A stretch of 10,010 nucleotides of DNA from Verrucomicrobiota bacterium (GTDB lineage Bacteria; Verrucomicrobiota; Verrucomicrobiia; Opitutales; Seribacteraceae), in assembly GCA_027622665.1 (NCBI GenBank), contig JAQBYT010000059.1:1-10010 (forward strand), given 5' to 3'. Made by a program: the position numbers and the translations under genes. This document shows, in pieces, positions 5,798 to 10,010 of this stretch (the stretch's first letter is position 1; each line of letters opens with the position of its first letter). The notes beneath the pieces are model-generated. The model had not been told where the DNA came from and made no database searches. It saw only the letters and a program-made list of their open reading frames with translations.

Positions 5798-6904
5798 TCA
5801 ATCAGTGCCGACTTGCGCCTCCACTTCGCCCAACCATTTCGGTTTTTCACAAAAGAGGGGGCCGCGCGGGGTAGAAAGTATTTCTCGTACCAGAATCTGG
5901 TAACTTCTCTTTGGTTGACCAAAGTCGAAGGTGAGGAGTAAGTCGATCCGTTGGTTTGGTTTGTCGAGGTCATCGGCATCCTTCACGCGTATGGATCCTC
6001 CGACGCCTTTTCGATCGGGGCAGAAGTAGAACAGATTGGAAGGGAAGTATTTTTCGTGAATTTCCGATACGAACTCGTCGACTGTATAGCCTGAATTCGC
6101 CAATTTCTGAAGAATTGCCGAGTTTGGTTTTTTGCCTATCAGCTCTTCGTAAACCTTGGTCGCGTTCTCTTTGTTGAGTCTCGAACCTTTCAGAATTCCG
6201 GAAGGCCACCCTCTTTTTTCGAACTCGACCAGAATGTCTCCGACTCCGGACCCATTGCGTTGTATACCCCTGTCGAAACGTTTTTGGGAGTCTTCCGATT
6301 CCTTGCCGATCATAAAGCCATAACCATGCGTCTCTGGATCCATTCTCAGTCTGTAAGTGAGCCCACGATCGAAATAAAGTGTGCCTGAATCCCACTCGGC
6401 CTCGCTTGTTCCATTAGTATCGGTCGACGTGACCTTTGGGGTGTAAGTATCGCGTTTGACCTCAAAGTGCCCTTGTTCCAATTTCACAGGCAGTAGCACC
6501 TCAATTCCAGTTAGTACTGTTGTCTGCCATTGAATGTCGTCTGCTTGGGCGGCGGACAGGATGGGGGCGAAGGCTTGGGTGCCAATTTGGCTGTTAGAGT
6601 GTTTGGCAATGTGCCTCCAATGTGTGCGCCAATTCTTTGCAAAGGCGATGGACCAATCTTCCTTGCTCCCTTCTCGCAATCGGGCAATTAGAGCATCGTT
6701 CTTAATCTCCCTCAGCAAGTTGCGGAATTCGCCTTCCTCGAGGGCAAATACCGAATTCTCCACGAATTTTGATAAATCTCGATCACGGAAGGAATCGAAT
6801 ACGGCACGGCCAAGTTGATTAATAGGGTGCGGCTGAGCGTGGGCAGTTTGTATGCAAAAAAGCCCGACTAGGAAAATCGGTAAACGCACCTTTGGAATGC
6901 TCAT
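5798..6904 (-). CDS. Hypothetical secreted protein
   Basis: 368-aa ORF with signal peptide (LPIFLVGLFCIQTAHA) and natural composition; no family recognised. Confidence 0.8.
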   Translation of the reverse strand: MSIPKVRLPIFLVGLFCIQTAHAQPHPINQLGRAVFDSFRDRDLSKFVENSVFALEEGEFRNLLREIKNDALIARLREGSKEDWSIAFAKNWRTHWRHIAKHSNSQIGTQAFAPILSAAQADDIQWQTTVLTGIEVLLPVKLEQGHFEVKRDTYTPKVTSTDTNGTSEAEWDSGTLYFDRGLTYRLRMDPETHGYGFMIGKESEDSQKRFDRGIQRNGSGVGDILVEFEKRGWPSGILKGSRLNKENATKVYEELIGKKPNSAILQKLANSGYTVDEFVSEIHEKYFPSNLFYFCPDRKGVGGSIRVKDADDLDKPNQRIDLLLTFDFGQPKRSYQILVREILSTPRGPLFCEKPKWLGEVEAQVGTD

Positions 6905-7308
6905 GAATTCAATCTAGTTACAGATCGGGTCACATACAAGAGTGAAGATTCGATAGGCGACGTAATTCAATCTTTTACTTGTTAATGAATCTTTTCGGAG
7001 ACCATTGCGGTGCCCAAAAGCAAATCGATGGAGTGTGTGCTTGAACGACCTCCGGCGTTTGAATTCAGATTTCAGTAGTTGTTTTATGGTGAGTGCTCAA
7101 GCGCGGTGTGACATTGTCTTCTTTCGCATGTGTACATCCCAAGGGACGAAGCCTGAACCGGACCGAGGTATTCTTTGCCCGAATTGGAGCAAAACTCGGT
7201 TGCAAGTGGATGGCGAACCGCACGATTTAGGCAAGTTTCTGATTTTCCGTTCACCGTTCTCGGCTTAGCTGAGTTGACTTGCGGGCGATCCTAGCCAATC
7301 TGGATTGA

Positions 7309-7854
7309 ATGAATGTTCTCATGCGATATGTGTGCTTGCTCATGGCGACATGGGTTCTGTTGATCACTGGTTGTCGTAACTCCTCGCAATCTTCGCCATC
7401 CCAATCGCAAGCGTACGACTTTGATCAGTCATCCGACTCGAACAGCAACAAGATAAATGCAGACAGGGAAAAGGCTCTCCGGCTTGGCCAACCCGGAGCG
7501 AGGCATTATCCGCTCCGGTTCCAACTCTTGAATGGTCGCGACGTTGGGCGAGTCGTCGACGGAAGGACTTTCGTTGTCCATCTCCCCGGCGTTCATCCTT
7601 TGTTTGGTGAGAACATGCCCGTAAGGGTTCGGGGGCTTCATGCCTTGGATTTGCCTCCTGCAAGAACCGAGGATCTTCCCGACGCCATTGCCCAATGGGA
7701 TCAGTTGCGGAAGCTTATCGAGAACGCCCAAAAGATAGAGCTTCGCCGCCTTGAGCGTGGCAAAGATAAGCTTTATTTGGTGGCCGACGTTTATCTGGAT
7801 GGCGAATTCCTTAGCCAACAGCTGTGCGCGGGTTCTCCCTTGCCGTCCGATTGA
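7309..7854 (+). CDS. Lipoprotein with thermonuclease (SNase-like) fold, degenerate active site
   Basis: Lipobox LLITGC, Ser/Gln linker, then VVDGRTF..HLPG..PLFGENMPVRVRGL and KIELRRLERGK...VADVYLDG, matching thermonuclease family layout. Confidence 0.75.
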   Translation: MNVLMRYVCLLMATWVLLITGCRNSSQSSPSQSQAYDFDQSSDSNSNKINADREKALRLGQPGARHYPLRFQLLNGRDVGRVVDGRTFVVHLPGVHPLFGENMPVRVRGLHALDLPPARTEDLPDAIAQWDQLRKLIENAQKIELRRLERGKDKLYLVADVYLDGEFLSQQLCAGSPLPSD

Positions 7855-7900
7855 AGGGTTGCGCCCATGCCGATGCCGGCTTTACTTTTGTAACTGGTAT

Positions 7901-8440
7901 ATGAAAAAAAACATTCATCGTTTTTTGCTTCCCGGGATTGCCGTACTCGCTACGGGAATCTCTCTCGCTCAAGATCGGTCCCGCAAGGGCGATACGCGCA
8001 AGTACGCCTCGGTTCCTGTCTCCAAGGTGGAATCCACCAGTCCCCCCACGTTGGAGGCTCGTCGTCTGGGTCCTCACAAGCTGATCGACGGGGAACTTCC
8101 CGAAAACGGTTGGCGTTCCACCTGGACGGCTTGGTACAAGGACAATCCTACGCTCACCTTTGATCTCGGTTCCGAAAAGACCATTGGCGTAATACGTGTC
8201 TTTTTTCAACCTTGGGATCGAAGCGATGAACTCGCTCAAGTTAAGGTGGAGGTGAGTCGCGACGGAGTGAACTACGTCGATTTTAACACATACGCCGGTT
8301 TTGTCGGCGAACGCGGTATAGGGGCATGGGCCGAAATGGATTTGCGCGAAATCAAGGCCCGTTTCTTTCGTCTCACTCCCAAGTTTCAAGGCTGGGGCAA
8401 CCTGTGGGGCGAAGTCGAATTCTGGGGAATCAAGAAGTAG
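7901..8440 (+). CDS. Secreted discoidin / F5/8 type C (galactose-binding-like) domain protein
   Basis: ATG 7901 gives signal peptide MKKNIHRFLLPGIAVLATGISLA; LIDG, LTFDLG, VEVSRDGVNY, ARFFRL, GEVEFWG motifs. Confidence 0.85.
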   Translation: MKKNIHRFLLPGIAVLATGISLAQDRSRKGDTRKYASVPVSKVESTSPPTLEARRLGPHKLIDGELPENGWRSTWTAWYKDNPTLTFDLGSEKTIGVIRVFFQPWDRSDELAQVKVEVSRDGVNYVDFNTYAGFVGERGIGAWAEMDLREIKARFFRLTPKFQGWGNLWGEVEFWGIKK

Positions 8441-8713
8441 GCGAAATTCGCTCATGATCACTTTCGCAGGAAACGTCGGGAGCAATAAGCGTAGTTTCGT
8501 GTGTGTCGGGGCGCTTGGCGTTGGTGGTTTCACCTTGTCTTCTTCGCACCGAGTCCGCCGCCGGGGTCGGTTCTTCCCACAAGGCGAGGAGATGCGACTA
8601 GGTGGAGGTTTGCCATGCTTCTAGCCAACAAAAGTAAGGGTGATGTTAGATGAAGAAGCCAAACAAATGCAAGAAGCCCCCAATTTCACATTACCCACCG
8701 ACACAAATAAATC

Positions 8714-9631
8714 ATGATTAAGATCAGTCCAAGCTCCCTCCATGAAAGAGGCCAATGCAAGAGATGCATCTGGCTGAAGTATCATCTCAATTACTCATGG
8801 CCCTTTAATGCCGGACTGTATCCGAGGTTTTCAGCGCTGGAGGAAGACTATGTTCCTACTCTTGATGCTACAAAAGTGTTAAACAATTTCACTAGTGGTC
8901 CAATCTCTGACGCCAAGTGGATAGACTCCAAGCAGAATTTGCAAAGCACCCCGATTCCGGGCGTTGAATCTCACGGGAAGGGAGAAGTCATCATTGGCGG
9001 GGAGTTTGACCTTATGGCCTCGTATGTGAAGGACGGCGTTGAACGCAACGCCGTCATTGACTGCAAGTCTACCGGCAAGAAAAGTGAAAACAGTTTGCAG
9101 ACGTGGTTTCGCAAAAGTCACCGAAAAGAAAAGGATGACTTCGGTTACCCGCCTTTTGCGGAAATGGACGAACGATACGAGCAAGAGTACATAATCAAGT
9201 ATCTGCCGCAACTGGCGTCCTATGCCTATTGCCTCGAAAACCCTGCAAGCGAAGAGATGATTGCCGACTACAGGTGGAAGGAGGAGGAACTCATCCATCC
9301 ACCATCCAACCCCAAGTTTCGGAGGTTTCCCCAAAAGGAAATCTCCTGCGAGGTCGGCTCCGTTGGCATCTTAATGTTCTTGTTTGAAAAAAACTTAGAG
9401 CTACACGGCAACAGGTTTCACTTCACATGCGAATCCAAGTGGCTCGAAGTTGATGCGGGGGCGAAAACTTGGGCCGAGATCGTAACGCCCATCGCACAGA
9501 ATATCTGCGACATCATCGCGTTGGACGATTTGCCCAAGCCTGAGATGACTTGCGGTAACTGTAGTGATGACATGAACAACGATTCCGCAGTTGCAGATGC
9601 CCTCAAGAAGGTTGTCGAGATGAAACGCTGA
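8714..9631 (+). CDS. PD-(D/E)XK nuclease, Cas4/AddB/RecB-like, with N- and C-terminal CxxC pairs
   Basis: ISPSSL....QCKRC, GEFDL, VIDCKST (D-x-K), QLASYA (QxxxY), TCGNC. Confidence 0.85.
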   Translation: MIKISPSSLHERGQCKRCIWLKYHLNYSWPFNAGLYPRFSALEEDYVPTLDATKVLNNFTSGPISDAKWIDSKQNLQSTPIPGVESHGKGEVIIGGEFDLMASYVKDGVERNAVIDCKSTGKKSENSLQTWFRKSHRKEKDDFGYPPFAEMDERYEQEYIIKYLPQLASYAYCLENPASEEMIADYRWKEEELIHPPSNPKFRRFPQKEISCEVGSVGILMFLFEKNLELHGNRFHFTCESKWLEVDAGAKTWAEIVTPIAQNICDIIALDDLPKPEMTCGNCSDDMNNDSAVADALKKVVEMKR

Positions 9632-9761
9632 ATGCCTCTCGCAGTACGACCGCCAAGGGCAGGCTCCCTACGATCAGTTCCTGGGAGTCTTCCTCGAGGC
9701 AGTCGACCCGAACTTGGCGCCGAAGCTCATCATGCCTGCCGACGAGGCGACGACCAAAGAG

Positions 9762-9996
9762 GTCATTGCGAGCCCGTTAGGGCGTGGCAATCAGGTCTGG
9801 ATCGTGGCGGGGGATGCTGGGACGATGCGGTGGGTTGCCCTACGCGAACGCTGGATTGCCGCGTCGGGCTGACGCCCTTCTCGCAATGACAAGGTGTGGA
9901 GCGAATGGGCGGGGTGGTTCGTCTCAGTTTTCGGATGCCTGGCCCAGTGCTGTCATTGCGAGGAAGGTCTCGAAGAGAACTGACGTGGCAATCCAG
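9762..9996. repeat. Three REP-like palindromic units in alternating orientation (GTCATTGCGAG...GYGGCAATC)
   Basis: 9762..9792 (+), 9851..9891 (-), 9951..9996 (+); each has an inner hairpin (GCCC/GGGC, GGGC/GCCC, TCTC/GAGA). Confidence 0.9.
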
Positions 9997-10010
9997 TCTG
10001 AGGCGTTATG

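Noticed and set aside
7751..7900. N-terminal extension of the discoidin-domain ORF
   Set aside because: Overlaps the upstream gene; ATG 7901 gives a clean signal peptide.
9632..9889. 85-aa ORF after the nuclease
   Set aside because: Reads through REP-like palindromes with R/G/P-biased composition; likely spurious.
9762..9996. CRISPR array beside the Cas4-like gene
   Set aside because: Units alternate in orientation and differ internally; this fits REP-like repeats.

Overview
The window holds the right end of a tRNA-Thr(CGT)-targeted integrative element (1..2951) followed by mostly secreted, lipoprotein or accessory genes; the integrase style and gene mix suggest a PVC-type, probably Verrucomicrobiota, genome (inference). 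The element end has a 48-bp 3' tRNA-Thr fragment (att site), tandem arm-type repeats and a tyrosine integrase that is frameshifted near its N-terminus and carries an unusual helix-turn-helix insertion just before its first catalytic box. Downstream of the integrase are a DUF2726 gene with an in-frame TGA and an AT-rich membrane-protein gene. These are interspersed with a family of ~28-bp GCAG..GGGGTCATTWCRTAAT sites in both orientations and a 104-bp direct repeat, giving a MITE-like or cassette-like layout. Right of the att site are DUF6428, an SGNH/GDSL hydrolase, a low-complexity secreted protein, a MORN-variant lipoprotein with a premature stop, a hypothetical secreted protein, a thermonuclease-fold lipoprotein with a degenerate active site, a discoidin (F5/8 type C)-domain protein, a stand-alone 4-Cys PD-(D/E)XK (Cas4/AddB-like) nuclease and three REP-like palindromes. 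Family calls come from motif recognition by eye; no searches were run.
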